Source of the DNA: Terriglobia bacterium
Lineage (GTDB): Bacteria; Acidobacteriota; Terriglobia; 20CM-2-55-15
NCBI GenBank assembly: GCA_965218585.1
Contig: CBDCLE010000022.1
Span: 64,001-128,000 of the forward strand
Length of the DNA: 64,000 nucleotides
Direction of reading: 5' to 3'
Position numbers and translations under genes: made by a program. Below, piece by piece: positions 20,296-30,549 of the stretch; positions within the stretch are counted from its first letter, which is position 1; each line of letters begins with the position of its first letter. The notes under the pieces were generated by a model, which made no database searches, had not been told where the DNA came from, and saw nothing but the letters and a program-made list of their open reading frames with translations.

Positions 20296-22072
20296 TCTGG
20301 GCCTTGCCTACCTGAGCTCTTCACTGAAGCTTGGCGGGCATCAGGTTCGCGTTCTCGATCTCAACAATAAGTTCCGGAAACCGGAAGAGGTTGTTGACGT
20401 CATCGGCGAGCATGCGCCCGACTACGTGGGTTTCTCCGTTAAGTCAGCGACCTTTGCCAACGCGGTGGAATTGCACAAGAAACTTGCCGCAAAGTATCCG
20501 GACGTCACGTTCCTATACGGCGGCCCGCACATCACTCTGTCCAAGACAAATATCATGGATGAGGCTCCACGGGCCTTCTTCATTCGGGGTGACGCCGAGT
20601 TTACGCTACCCGACTTTGTGGGACGTCATTCCAGGGGCGAGACCGATTTCAGCGACATCGACGGGATCATGTACAGAAGCCAGGCCGGCGAAGACGTCGC
20701 CGTGGACATTCAGTTCCACACCGAGATCGATGACCTCCCGTTGCCCGACTTCACGACGTTCGACAGCTTCCCGTCCTTCAAGACGTATCCGCTCTTGACC
20801 AGCCGGGGATGTCCTTACAAGTGCACCTATTGCTCGGTGCCCGCCATCAGTGGCAAACGTTGGGTCTATCGGTCGGCCCCAAGCATTATGAAGGAGCTGG
20901 ACCACGTCCTGAACTTCCTGAAGATGAATAACGTTGTGATCGTGGACGACAACTTCACGTTGCACAAGAAACGTGCCGAATCGGTGTGCCAGGCGATCCT
21001 GGACAACGGTTACAAGTTCAACTGGTCCTGTGGCAACGGGATCCGGGCCGACCGGATCTGGCCGGATCTGGCCAGCCTCATGCACAAGGCCGGATGTGTT
21101 GAAGTAGCCTTCGGCATCGAAAGCCTGCAGGAAGATGTCTTCGATCTGCTTCGCAAGGGCGAAGAGGTTTCCCATATCCGTCATGGCATCGAAGTCGTTC
21201 AGGAAGCGGGACTCAACGTGACTGGTTTCTTCATGATCGGACTGCCCGGTTCAACATATCGCAAAGATCTGAAGACGCTGGCTCTGGCACGCAGGTTGAA
21301 CCTGAACAACTATTACTTCGGTTTGACAGTTCCCTATCCCGGCACAGAAATGTGGGACTGGGCGCAGGAAAACGCGCGTTTTCTCGTGCCGTGGCAGAAC
21401 AGCTACCACATCTCTGAGGTGTTCCGCGATGGTCTGGAGCGTCTCAAGCTCGAACCGGTGTTTGACACGCCGGAGTATCCGGCCGAAGAACGCAAGAAGA
21501 TGTTCCATACGGTTCAGGCCTCGAAGAAGAAGGCTCAGGACCGTAGTCTCCGGTTGATCCAGAGCAGCCTCCGAGCTGCACCCGGCCGTCCGATCATCGT
21601 CATGCGGACGTCTCGGCGCGATGGTCTTTTTGAGATGTTCAGGGACGAAAAGCCGTCCAATCCCCACGTGATCCTCTATAAGGGAAGCGACGGATTCCTC
21701 GAGAACCTGGCCGAAGAGACACGAAACGCATATCAGCAGATCCACGTAGATGGCGAAGGCTTCTTCGATGCGGGCGATGCCAGAGGTCTTTCCGAAGACC
21801 TTAAGGATGCGGTCATTGTGTTCGACGTTCCGAACGGCAATCTGGAGCGATACCAGAACCTGGTGCGCTTTGCCAGGGAACTCAATCCTCGACAGATCGT
21901 TGCTCTCGTGGGCGATGAGTTTGAAGTCCTGTCGGTAGGTGACCCTGAGATCAGCGAGCCCGAGACTTCGTTCGCTTCTCCCGACATGGAGCCGGTTTAC
22001 CTCGGAATCGACCTCGATCCGTCCGAACTGGTCAAGATTGAAATGGCGCCTGTGGGCGCGTCGAAGAGATGA
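20243..22072 (+). CDS. B12-binding radical SAM protein with C-terminal extra domain
   Basis: LGLAYLSS..LDLN, GGPHIT, TSRGCPYKCTYC, DDNFT, FGIES, FMIGLPG, PYPGT. Confidence 0.92.
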   Translation: MARVTLIDSLGWQDGLFNLGLAYLSSSLKLGGHQVRVLDLNNKFRKPEEVVDVIGEHAPDYVGFSVKSATFANAVELHKKLAAKYPDVTFLYGGPHITLSKTNIMDEAPRAFFIRGDAEFTLPDFVGRHSRGETDFSDIDGIMYRSQAGEDVAVDIQFHTEIDDLPLPDFTTFDSFPSFKTYPLLTSRGCPYKCTYCSVPAISGKRWVYRSAPSIMKELDHVLNFLKMNNVVIVDDNFTLHKKRAESVCQAILDNGYKFNWSCGNGIRADRIWPDLASLMHKAGCVEVAFGIESLQEDVFDLLRKGEEVSHIRHGIEVVQEAGLNVTGFFMIGLPGSTYRKDLKTLALARRLNLNNYYFGLTVPYPGTEMWDWAQENARFLVPWQNSYHISEVFRDGLERLKLEPVFDTPEYPAEERKKMFHTVQASKKKAQDRSLRLIQSSLRAAPGRPIIVMRTSRRDGLFEMFRDEKPSNPHVILYKGSDGFLENLAEETRNAYQQIHVDGEGFFDAGDARGLSEDLKDAVIVFDVPNGNLERYQNLVRFARELNPRQIVALVGDEFEVLSVGDPEISEPETSFASPDMEPVYLGIDLDPSELVKIEMAPVGASKR

Positions 22073-22094
22073 AATCCCCTGCTTCCGATATGTG

Positions 22095-22963
22095 ATGAAA
22101 GTTCTGTTCTTCAATACGTTGTCAGCCGTGAATGGAGGCGCGGAGCGTGTGCTCTTCGACACTTCCCTCGAGCTGCTCGAGCGCGGACACGAAGTGTCGG
22201 TTGTAGCCGCCTACGACGACCGACGCTCAAGGAACCCCGAATCCTGGCCCGGGGAAATCAACCGTTACTACATCCCCGAGTTGATCCGGCCGGTCACAGG
22301 GCGTCGAACCTACGATGCCTATCGCCGAAGCTCCTTCTATAAGAATGGACTCCGGTATGCACAGGATGTGATACCTGAGAAGGGATTGCTGGAACTGGTC
22401 CAGGCCGTGGGCCGGACACGTTCGAATCCCACGCTCCTTGCTGTTGGAACCGACGAGACACTCTGGTCGGGCGCATATCGGAACGAGATTATTCGGGAAG
22501 CCCAAAAATGGGGCGTGCGCCTGGAGACCGAGCCGTGGTCGACGGGCAAGGAGTTGCGGCTGCCTATAGCCGGGCAAAGGTGGTCGCCTTCAGTTCAGTC
22601 TGGCCCGAACCCTTCGGCCTTGTCGGTATTGAAGCGATGGCTCACGGCAAGCCCGTTGTCGCCTTTGACAATGGCGGTGTCAGGGACTGGCTGCGGCATG
22701 GCCAGACAGGTTACCTTGTCCCAAAATCTGACGTTGTGACCTTTGGACGCATTCTCGATTTACTCTTACCCGATGCGAGTTTACGGCGGTGGATGGGACA
22801 GAACGCGGCTCGCATTGCGCGCGATCAGTTTACCCCCGGCGCATACATCGATCGACTGACGAACGTTTACGGCGAAGTGGTAGTTAATGAAAGTACTTCT
22901 TATCGATCCTGCAGGAGCGCAGCGGTACGTTACGCACAACGCGGGGCTGGCATATCTGTCTAG
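22095..22963 (+). pseudogene. Glycosyltransferase family 4, internally shortened, frameshift near 22556
   Basis: N-term GGAERV and C-term SVWPEPFGLVGIEAMAHGKPVV present; QDVI is directly followed by PEKGL, so the middle of the GT4 fold is absent. Confidence 0.7.
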
Positions 22964-24586
22964 CGCGCTTCTGTCGAGAGGACACGATGTCCGTGTCCTC
23001 GACATGAACAACTATAGCTACACCGATCATGAGGTGGGGGCGTATGCGCGCGCCTACCAGCCCGACTGGGTGGGTGCATCCGTCAAGACAGCTCTTGTAA
23101 GTTCAGCCGAACGCACGATGCGTGAAATTCACCGGGTCTGTCCCGATGCCCGTACCGTAGTGGGTGGGCCCCACATCGGGGTTCAGGCTCGCGAGTACAT
23201 GGCTTCTCAGGATGTCTATGAATTCGGTCTGACCGGCGAGGGCGAGTATGCTCTTCCCGACCTCGTCGAAGGCAAGAACACGTCCGATATCTCGTGTCTT
23301 ATCTATTATGACGACGGGGAATGGCGCCAGAATCCAACCGAGTTCATCTTCGATCTCGACGACCTGCCCTACCCGACATACCGGACATGGGACCAGATCG
23401 ACCGTTCGGGCTTCCCGTATCTGATGGTTCATAGCCGTGGGTGCCCCTTTTATTGCACCTTCTGCAGCGTTCCCAAGATCAACGGCCGCAAGTTTCGTCG
23501 CCGTTCGCCGGAAGGAACCGTCGATGAGCTGCGTCACGCTCGCAACGAGTATGTGTTCCGCGACTTTGAGTTCCTGGACGACAACCTGACGCTCCATATC
23601 GACCATGCGAAGGAAGTCTGTGAAGCCTTGATCCGGGCCGATCTCGGCGTGGGTTGGTATGCCAATAACGGAATCCGTGCCGACCGGCTGGATAGCGAAC
23701 TGTGTGAACTCATGAAGCGCTCCGGTTGCAAGGGTGTTGCCATCGGGGTGGAATCGGCAGACGACGAAATCCTTGAAGCCATCAAGAAGGGTGAAACAGT
23801 CGATCAATTGTGGAACGGAATCCGTCTTCTCAAGGAAGCCGGCATCGTCGTCGGTGGTCACTTCATCGTCGGGCTTCCCGGCGACACACTCGAAAAGGTA
23901 AAGAAGAGCATCGAGTTCAAGGACAAGGTTGGTCTGGATTACGCTTACTTCAACCAGCTGGTCCCCTATCCGGGAACGGAGTTGGGCGAGTGGGCCCTGG
24001 AAAACACGAATATTCTGGTCGAAAACGTCACTGATGCGAGTCACTTTGGCGCCAAGGAACAAGTCTTCATGGAGACTCCGGAGTTTCCTCGTGAAGACAG
24101 GGAAGCCGTGTTCAAGTTGCTCTCCACCGACTACACGGACGGTCGCATCGCGTGCGAGGACTTCAGTGATCTTTATGGGGATCGAAGCGGGCTGAGAGTC
24201 CTTCTGATCAGGTCTGGCCGCATGGACCCGTACGAGCACGTGCGATCTCTGCTCCCTGAAGGGTCGGTTCTGGACGTTCTCGTTTCCAGCGGTGTCAGGA
24301 TCGAGGATTCGGCTGTGGACCATGTGATCGAGTTTCCAAACCAGGGCTGATGAGCGTCCGCGGGTTGGACAGGCTTCGGAAGCCCCTTGGTGACGCTTAT
24401 GATCTTGCGATATACCTGAACACCTTTCAGAACGGAATGAGTTTCGACAATATCGTGAAGATCGCCCGCCACTCGGGAACAAAGGTCTACGAGTACCAAG
24501 CGGGGCGGCACATGCGCGAAGTGAAGTCGGAAGGCTACCAGACGAGGGAGATCTATTCGAAAACGGCAGCCTCCGCAACGATCTGA
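22887..24586 (+). CDS. B12-binding radical SAM protein with C-terminal extra domain (probable frameshift near 24345)
   Basis: AGLAYLSS, GGPHI, HSRGCPFYCTFC, DDNLT, IGVES, PYPGT; one more G in CAGGGCTGATG joins ORF 22887..24350 to ORF 24350..24586. Confidence 0.88.
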
Positions 24587-24717
24587 GATAGACGGACTTT
24601 CGCAATGATAGAGTTTTTCTCAACTGTACGTGCCGTCTATGACCGCACGTCTCCAACCTTCGATGTTCCTTTGTGTGCTCCGAGAGCGCACCTACAGAAG
24701 AGCATCTGGGCTCGTTA

Positions 24718-25830
24718 ATGCGGATCCTCCACCTTATCCCCTTTCTTTGGAGTGGCGCCGGCGACGTAGTTACGCGTCTCGCCATTTCTCAGCATCAGAA
24801 CGCCACAGTAGGGGTCGTGACCAGCGGCAGCTCAAAAGGTGAGTCGGACTGGGATTCGTATCGTACGCGCCTCCAGGATGCGCGTGTCTCCCATTTCCAT
24901 GTCGATCTCTTCGACCGTGACCCGAACGTGTTCTGGTCGAGTGTTACCAGACTGAGGGAGGTCTTCGACGAATTTTCTCCCGACGTCGTTCACTGCCATT
25001 CCGGTGTCCCGGTGGCCGCAGCCGCTGCGGTTCGTGACGGTGGTGACAGAGACTTTGGGCTGATTGGTCAACTGCACAGCTGGGGTAAGAACCGCCCTCG
25101 ATGGATGAACACAATGGACCTGTGGGCATTTGGGCGCTCGGACCGCATCGTGTGCAATGCGGAAGACTACCGTCAGATTCTGATCGAATCCGGTATCTCT
25201 TCCGACCGTATCGTTGCCATTCCCTGGGGTTTGCAGCTTGATGAAATTCGGGCCGCGACATCCGAAAAAGACCGGCCCTCGGAGCGTATACGTTTGGGAT
25301 TCGTAGGCCGGGTCGAACCCCGCAAAGGGCAGTTGACCCTCGTTGAAGCGTTTGAACGGTTGCGGCAGGCCGGCACAGAAGCAAATCTGGAATTGATCGG
25401 TCCGATTGCCGATTCCGATTATGCCGAGGAGATCAGGAACACGATCCGGGACCATGAGCTCGGCGACAGCGTCGTCTTGCGTGGCAAGGTGTCCAACGTC
25501 TACGCCGACGTTGCCAACTGGGACCTGTTTGTCTCACTCTCCAGCGACGAGGGCCAGGGAATGGCCATTCTAGAAGCCATGGCGCTGGGAACCCCGGTCG
25601 TTTCCAGCGACATTCCAGGTGTCCGCGACTTTCTCAGGCATGAACACAACGGCTTGGTGGTCGATCCCCAGACTCCCGAACGCGTAGCGGCAACCATCGA
25701 TTGGGCCCTTACCAATCGTGACCAAACGCTACGGCTGGCCACGCGGGCACGCGAGATGGTCGATGAGAGTTATACGTGGGAGACCACCGTCTCGGGCATG
25801 GATCGCCTTTACTCCGAGGTCACTGGCTAG
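24718..25830 (+). CDS. Glycosyltransferase family 4
   Basis: MRILHLIP, PDVVHCHS, FVGRVEPRKGQ, EGQGMAILEAMALGTPVVSSD. Confidence 0.92.
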   Translation: MRILHLIPFLWSGAGDVVTRLAISQHQNATVGVVTSGSSKGESDWDSYRTRLQDARVSHFHVDLFDRDPNVFWSSVTRLREVFDEFSPDVVHCHSGVPVAAAAAVRDGGDRDFGLIGQLHSWGKNRPRWMNTMDLWAFGRSDRIVCNAEDYRQILIESGISSDRIVAIPWGLQLDEIRAATSEKDRPSERIRLGFVGRVEPRKGQLTLVEAFERLRQAGTEANLELIGPIADSDYAEEIRNTIRDHELGDSVVLRGKVSNVYADVANWDLFVSLSSDEGQGMAILEAMALGTPVVSSDIPGVRDFLRHEHNGLVVDPQTPERVAATIDWALTNRDQTLRLATRAREMVDESYTWETTVSGMDRLYSEVTG

Positions 25831-26385
25831 ATGGGCAAGAAGAAGCGGCGAAGACAGTCTGGAAAACACGAGCCTCCTCCCCGGTGGGGGACCTTCGTGG
25901 ACTGGACTCTGGACGAGGCCGGCCGTCTGGTTGCGGTGGATGAAGTCGAGCACCGTCTTGCAATCCAGCAGTCGAACGGCAGATTCACGTTTCTTGGGAG
26001 CAAGGGGACCGGTCCCGGAGAATTCCACTACCCAAAATGTGTCGAGATCCTGAACGGGACCGCCTACGTTGTCGACTCCTGGAATCACCGCGTTCAGCTG
26101 TTCCGGTTGCCGGAATGAAATTTCATAGGTGCATTCAATGGCACCGGAGAGGGGTCTGGTTCCTTCTTCTGTCCGAGTTCGCTCGCTATCGTTGATCGGG
26201 AAAACGAAGAGCCCTGGCTTGTGGTTGCCGATACCAACAACAGTCGGCTCACATTCCACGACAGTCAAGGTGCCTACCTCTTCGGAAATGAACTCTTCAA
26301 TTCCCGCTATCCCACCAAGGTGCGGACACGCGAAGGCCGCATAGAAGTGCGGTACGAAGACCGGCAGTGGGATCTTGTCCTCTGA
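25831..26385 (+). CDS. NHL-repeat / beta-propeller protein with in-frame TGA at 26116-26118
   Basis: GSKGTGPGEFHYP..YVVDSWNHRVQLF, then in the same frame past TGA: GTGEGSGSFFCPSSLAI..VVADTNNSRL. Confidence 0.7.
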
Positions 26386-26601
26386 GTTAACGGTCCGGCC
26401 TGATTCCTCAGCTTTTCGATAAACCACCACCCAAATCCCGTTAAAAGGGAAATACTTTTGCACGGCCCGGAAGCCTTCGAGGTTCTCAGTGGATCCAGAA
26501 ATTCTGATTTTCGTTGGACTGGTTTGTTAAGCTTCGAATTCGATCCCGGTCCGGTAAGTCGTGCTGGGCAAGCAATTCAGACAACAGCGAGGAAACAGGA
26601 C

Positions 26602-27300
26602 ATGGCTCTTGAAGTAATTGGCGCGGGTTTCGGCCGGACTGGCACCGCGTCGTTGAAAGAGGCGTTAGAGATCCTGGGCTTCGTCAAATGCCATCACATG
26701 TCCGAAGTGATCCCCAGCCCGAAGCAGGCGCACCTCTGGCATCAACTCGCCGTCGAGGGATCGGTGGACTGGGACGACGTTTTCGAAGGCTATCGGGCAG
26801 CTGTGGACTTCCCGTCCAGCGTTTATTACCGCGAACTGTTGGAACGCTACCCTGATGCGCGAGTCATACTGTCGGTGCGTGACCCGGACGCCTGGTATCG
26901 TAGCGCCGTCCGAACTATTCATGCGATCATGAAAAACCAGCCGCGATGGCTGTTCCCTCTGATTCCCCGAATGCGAATTCTAGACAGGATGATCGATCGG
27001 ATCGTCTGGCAAGGTGTGTTCGATGGCCGTTTCGAAGACGAGGAACACGCGAAACAGGTGTTCAGGGATCATATCGAGAAGGTCAAATCAGTGATTCCGG
27101 CCGACAAGTTATTGGTCTATCAGATCACCGACGGCTGATCGCCGCTCTGCAAATTTCTCGATGTTCCAGAGCCCGAGGGTCTGGTATTTCCCAAGACCAA
27201 CGAGGCTCGGGAGATGATCCGAATCGTGCGGGTGATGAAAGCGCTCCGCCTCCTGCCATACATGGTGGTTGCTGCGGTTACCGCATGGGTTCTTCTTTGA
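26602..27300 (+). CDS. Sulfotransferase family (Sulfotransfer_4-like) with in-frame TGA at 27136-27138
   Basis: VIGAGFGRTGTASLKEALEILG, AAVDFP, VILSVRDPDAWYRS; past TGA the frame continues SPLCKFLDVPEP..FPKTN to a TGA overlapping the cysC TTG start. Confidence 0.85.
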
Positions 27301-27848
27301 CCGATCCCAGTAAACAGATCCGTCAAGTGACGTTGTGGCTGACGGGCCTGTCCGGAGCCGGGAAGAGCACTCTTGCGGAATTGGTCGCCGAAGAATTCGC
27401 CGCCAGGAAACTTCGGACGGAGATCCTAGATGGCGACACGATTCGACGGAACCTGTCCAAGGGGCTCGGATTCAGCAAAGAAGACCGCGACACGAACATT
27501 CGTCGAATCGGGTTCGTCGCCAATCTGCTCAGCCGAAACGGAGTCAATGTCATCGTTGCGGCTATCTCGCCGTACCGATCGATTCGGGAAGAGGTCCGGG
27601 CGTCGCAGGAAAGAGCCCGCTTCGTAGAAGTATTCGTCGACTGTCCGCTTGAAGCTCTAATTGAAAGGGACACGAAAGGACTCTACGCCAAAGCCCTGTC
27701 CGGCGAGGTGAAAAACCTTACGGGTGTTTCAGATCCCTACGAGCGGCCAGTGGATCCTGAAATAACCGTCCGAACGAACCTCGAAACGCCCGCCGAAAGT
27801 GCGGGTCAGATCATTCGCTGGTTAGAGGAAGCGGCGCTGATCTCCTAA
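27297..27848 (+). CDS. cysC: Adenylyl-sulfate (APS) kinase
   Basis: TLWLTGLSGAGKST, LDGDTIR.NLSKGLGFSKEDRDTNIRRIG, RDTKGLY, GVSDPYE. Confidence 0.95.
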   Translation: MTDPSKQIRQVTLWLTGLSGAGKSTLAELVAEEFAARKLRTEILDGDTIRRNLSKGLGFSKEDRDTNIRRIGFVANLLSRNGVNVIVAAISPYRSIREEVRASQERARFVEVFVDCPLEALIERDTKGLYAKALSGEVKNLTGVSDPYERPVDPEITVRTNLETPAESAGQIIRWLEEAALIS

Positions 27849-27878
27849 TTATGGGGACCGATTAGTCTGTCCCCATAA
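27849..27878. terminator. Hairpin between convergent cysC and cysQ
   Basis: Perfect 10-bp stem TTATGGGGAC / GTCCCCATAA. Confidence 0.55.
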
Positions 27879-27886
27879 CTGGGCTA

Positions 27887-28669
27887 CTACCTCGTTTCCG
27901 CCAAAGCCTTTCCGACTGCCTCCTGGAGCGATAACGGGTGGGCGATGAGGCCCATCATGCGGGGATTCTTGTTGTTGAACGATCTGGGATTACCGTCGGG
28001 CGTGTAAGCGACCCCGCCAGCTGCGTTCATCAGGGCGATGCCCCCCGCGACATCCCATTCGTTCTTGGGCTGAAGGGTCCATGTGGCGTCGGCCTGTCCG
28101 GCCGCGACGAGCGCCAACTTGTAGGCGATCGAACCTACCGGTTTGATAACGAATCCGGCATCCTGAAAGCGATCCCATTCACCGCGTCTGCACTCGCTGC
28201 GGCTCGCCAGGACTGTGGCGCCGTTCAAGTTCCGCCTGCCGCTCAAGGTGACCGTTTCTGCCTGGTAGGTCACACCGTGGCCGAGGGCACCGACAAATAT
28301 TTCACCTGTCTGAGGGTTACAGACGCCGCCGGCGACGGCTTGGCCGTCTTCGACATAACCGATGGAGATGGCCCACTCAGGAATTCCGGCTACGAACTCT
28401 CGGGTCCCGTCGAGCGGATCGATGATCCAGAGTCGACGATGCGCGAGGCGGCTCGAATCGTCCGTAGTTTCTTCAGAGAACCAGCCTTCGTCTCCACGTG
28501 GCAGAGCTTGTTTGAGCGCTTCGTCCAGGGCTCGATCCGCTGCCGTTACAGGGTCGTTAACGCCTTTCCATTCGGGCGTGATTTCCCCGGGTGTGAACTT
28601 GGCGACGACGGTCTGGGCCGTTCGAATGGCTTCTGTGATCCGTTCCAGAATGTGGGCGTGGGTTTTCAT
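27887..28669 (-). CDS. cysQ: 3'(2'),5'-bisphosphate nucleotidase / inositol monophosphatase family
   Basis: DPVTAAD, SEET, WIIDPLDGTREF, GSIAYK, EWDVAGG; adjacent to cysC. Confidence 0.8.
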   Translation of the reverse strand: MKTHAHILERITEAIRTAQTVVAKFTPGEITPEWKGVNDPVTAADRALDEALKQALPRGDEGWFSEETTDDSSRLAHRRLWIIDPLDGTREFVAGIPEWAISIGYVEDGQAVAGGVCNPQTGEIFVGALGHGVTYQAETVTLSGRRNLNGATVLASRSECRRGEWDRFQDAGFVIKPVGSIAYKLALVAAGQADATWTLQPKNEWDVAGGIALMNAAGGVAYTPDGNPRSFNNKNPRMMGLIAHPLSLQEAVGKALAETR

Positions 28670-28748
28670 CGCTCTGCCGATGATCTCACGGCCCGGGTCC
28701 GGAATGTGAACTAGTGGTCGGTCGATCCTGCTCCAGGCACTCCCTGGA

Positions 28749-28778
28749 TTGACACCCTCCCCCGGGGCAACCTAACCT
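28749..28778 (+). promoter_or_regulatory. Candidate sigma70 promoter of the ABC operon (possibly leaderless)
   Basis: TTGACA-18 nt-TAACCT, 6 nt before GTG 28785. Confidence 0.5.
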
Positions 28779-28784
28779 TATCGC

Positions 28785-29700
28785 GTGCTCCCAGCTCTTG
28801 AAGTTAAAGGATTATCGAAGACCTACCGTCGCTGGTGGATACGAAAAGTCGTCAAGGCGCTCGTCGACGTTGATCTTAGCGTAAGAGCAAGGTTCCATTT
28901 TTGGTCTCCTCGGACCTAACGGCGCCGGAAAAACATCTCTCATCAAGATAGCCCTGACGATCGCGCACGCCGATCGCGGCGAAGTGCGGCTCCTTGGACA
29001 GACGACCGAAGATCGATCCATATTCCGCCGTGTTGGATATCTGCCGGAAAGCCCGAAGTTCCCAACTCATCTCACAGCCCGAAACGTGCTCCGTCTTTAC
29101 GGGAGCATGAGCGGGAAGGATTCGGGTTTCGTCCGTCGCGAAGGCCAGGTGTGGCTGGAACGGGTAGGTCTGAAGGGTTGGGAGAAGACTCCGGTATCGA
29201 AGTTTTCGAAGGGTATGGTGGAGCGGCTGGCTCTCGCCCAGGCCCTCGTTCACGATCCGGATCTGATCTTCCTGGATGAGCCTACAGACGGTCTTGATCC
29301 GGTGGGCCGGATGGACATGCGAAAGATCTGCAGGGAACTGGCCGACAAGGGAAAGACAGTATTTATCAACTCCCACATACTGGCGGAGATCGAGACGGTC
29401 TGTGACCGCGTCGCTCTGATGAAAGAAGGCCGTATCGTGGATGTCGGTACAGTCGCGCACTTCACGAGCGGGGGCGATTCCTACGAAGTGTCGATTCCCA
29501 GACACGAACCGCTGGTCGAGTGGTTGAGCGACCTGGGATTCGATCCAACCCTCAATGACGGCCGGATTCGCGTCGTCGTTGAAGACCGAAGTTCGGCCAA
29601 TCAGTTGATCGATACGCTCCGGACCCGGGGAGTCGAGATCGACTCGGTAACACCGCACCGAAGAACATTGGAAGAGGTTTTCCTGGAGCGTGTAGGTTGA
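28785..29700 (+). CDS. ABC transporter ATP-binding protein (frameshift near 28884)
   Basis: ALEVKGLSKTY; Walker A GPNGAGKT upstream of the listed ORF; FSKGM, IFLDEPT, NSH. Confidence 0.9.
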
Positions 29701-30527
29701 GGGTTCTCAAGCCAGGCGTCTTTCTCGACACGTTCGAGGAGTCTTTCCGGAACAAGATGTTCCTGTTCTTCTTCGTCGTGTCGTCCCTGATCGTCGGTTC
29801 GATCGCCCTGGCTCTGAACATGGATATCGTCAGCGGTGCGATTCAGGGCGCCACCTTCTTCGGTGAGGCTCTGGAGATTCCTGAAATGCCTCTTGAGCGG
29901 TTCGTCAACGCCGTGCAGGCCGGCATGGCGATGATGATTTCGACGATCGGACTCTTCCTCGCCTTGATGGCGACGGCAACCCTGTTCCCTATGATGATTC
30001 AGAAAGGGAGCATCGAGCTCCTGCTGTGCCGGCCCGTTCCGCGATGGCGTCTCGTTGTCGCCCGATTTACGGGCGGTGTGGCAATCATGGCCGCAAATGC
30101 CGCGTACCTCATGCTGGGTGTGTGGGTCGTCATGGGAGTCAAATCCGGCATCTGGAACACGGGCTTTCCCCTCTCGACCATTCTGATCGTCATCGCGTTC
30201 ATATTCTTGTACGTAGTGGTGATGGCCTTGTCTGTCATGAGCGAGAACGCGGCAGTGGGACTGTTGGCCGGCTATGCCATCCTGATGTTTTCGCCCGTCC
30301 TTGCAGCGCACGAGCGGATCACGCCGGTTCTGTCCAATGAACTTTATCGGGACATATTCCGTTCTCTCTATTGGGTGGTGCCCAAGATCGCGGAGCTGAT
30401 CGGTGCGATGCGCAGTCTGATTGCCGGGAAACCGATGGAACTGGCGACCGTGCTCTGGACTTCTGGACTCTTCGCCACGGGGTGTTTCGCGGTCACGGTG
30501 CTATACTTTTCGAGAAAAGACTACTGA
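29697..30527 (+). CDS. ABC-2 type transporter permease
   Basis: ~6 TM segments; KGSIELLLCRPVPRWRLVVARF motif; TTGA overlap with the ATPase. Confidence 0.85.
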   Translation: MRVLKPGVFLDTFEESFRNKMFLFFFVVSSLIVGSIALALNMDIVSGAIQGATFFGEALEIPEMPLERFVNAVQAGMAMMISTIGLFLALMATATLFPMMIQKGSIELLLCRPVPRWRLVVARFTGGVAIMAANAAYLMLGVWVVMGVKSGIWNTGFPLSTILIVIAFIFLYVVVMALSVMSENAAVGLLAGYAILMFSPVLAAHERITPVLSNELYRDIFRSLYWVVPKIAELIGAMRSLIAGKPMELATVLWTSGLFATGCFAVTVLYFSRKDY

Positions 30528-30549
30528 ATTTTCCGAGGGTTTGACAGTA

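Noticed and set aside
23103-24785. 560-aa minus-strand ORF and similar long antisense ORFs
   Set aside because: Shadows of well-supported genes in GC-rich DNA with no recognisable motifs.
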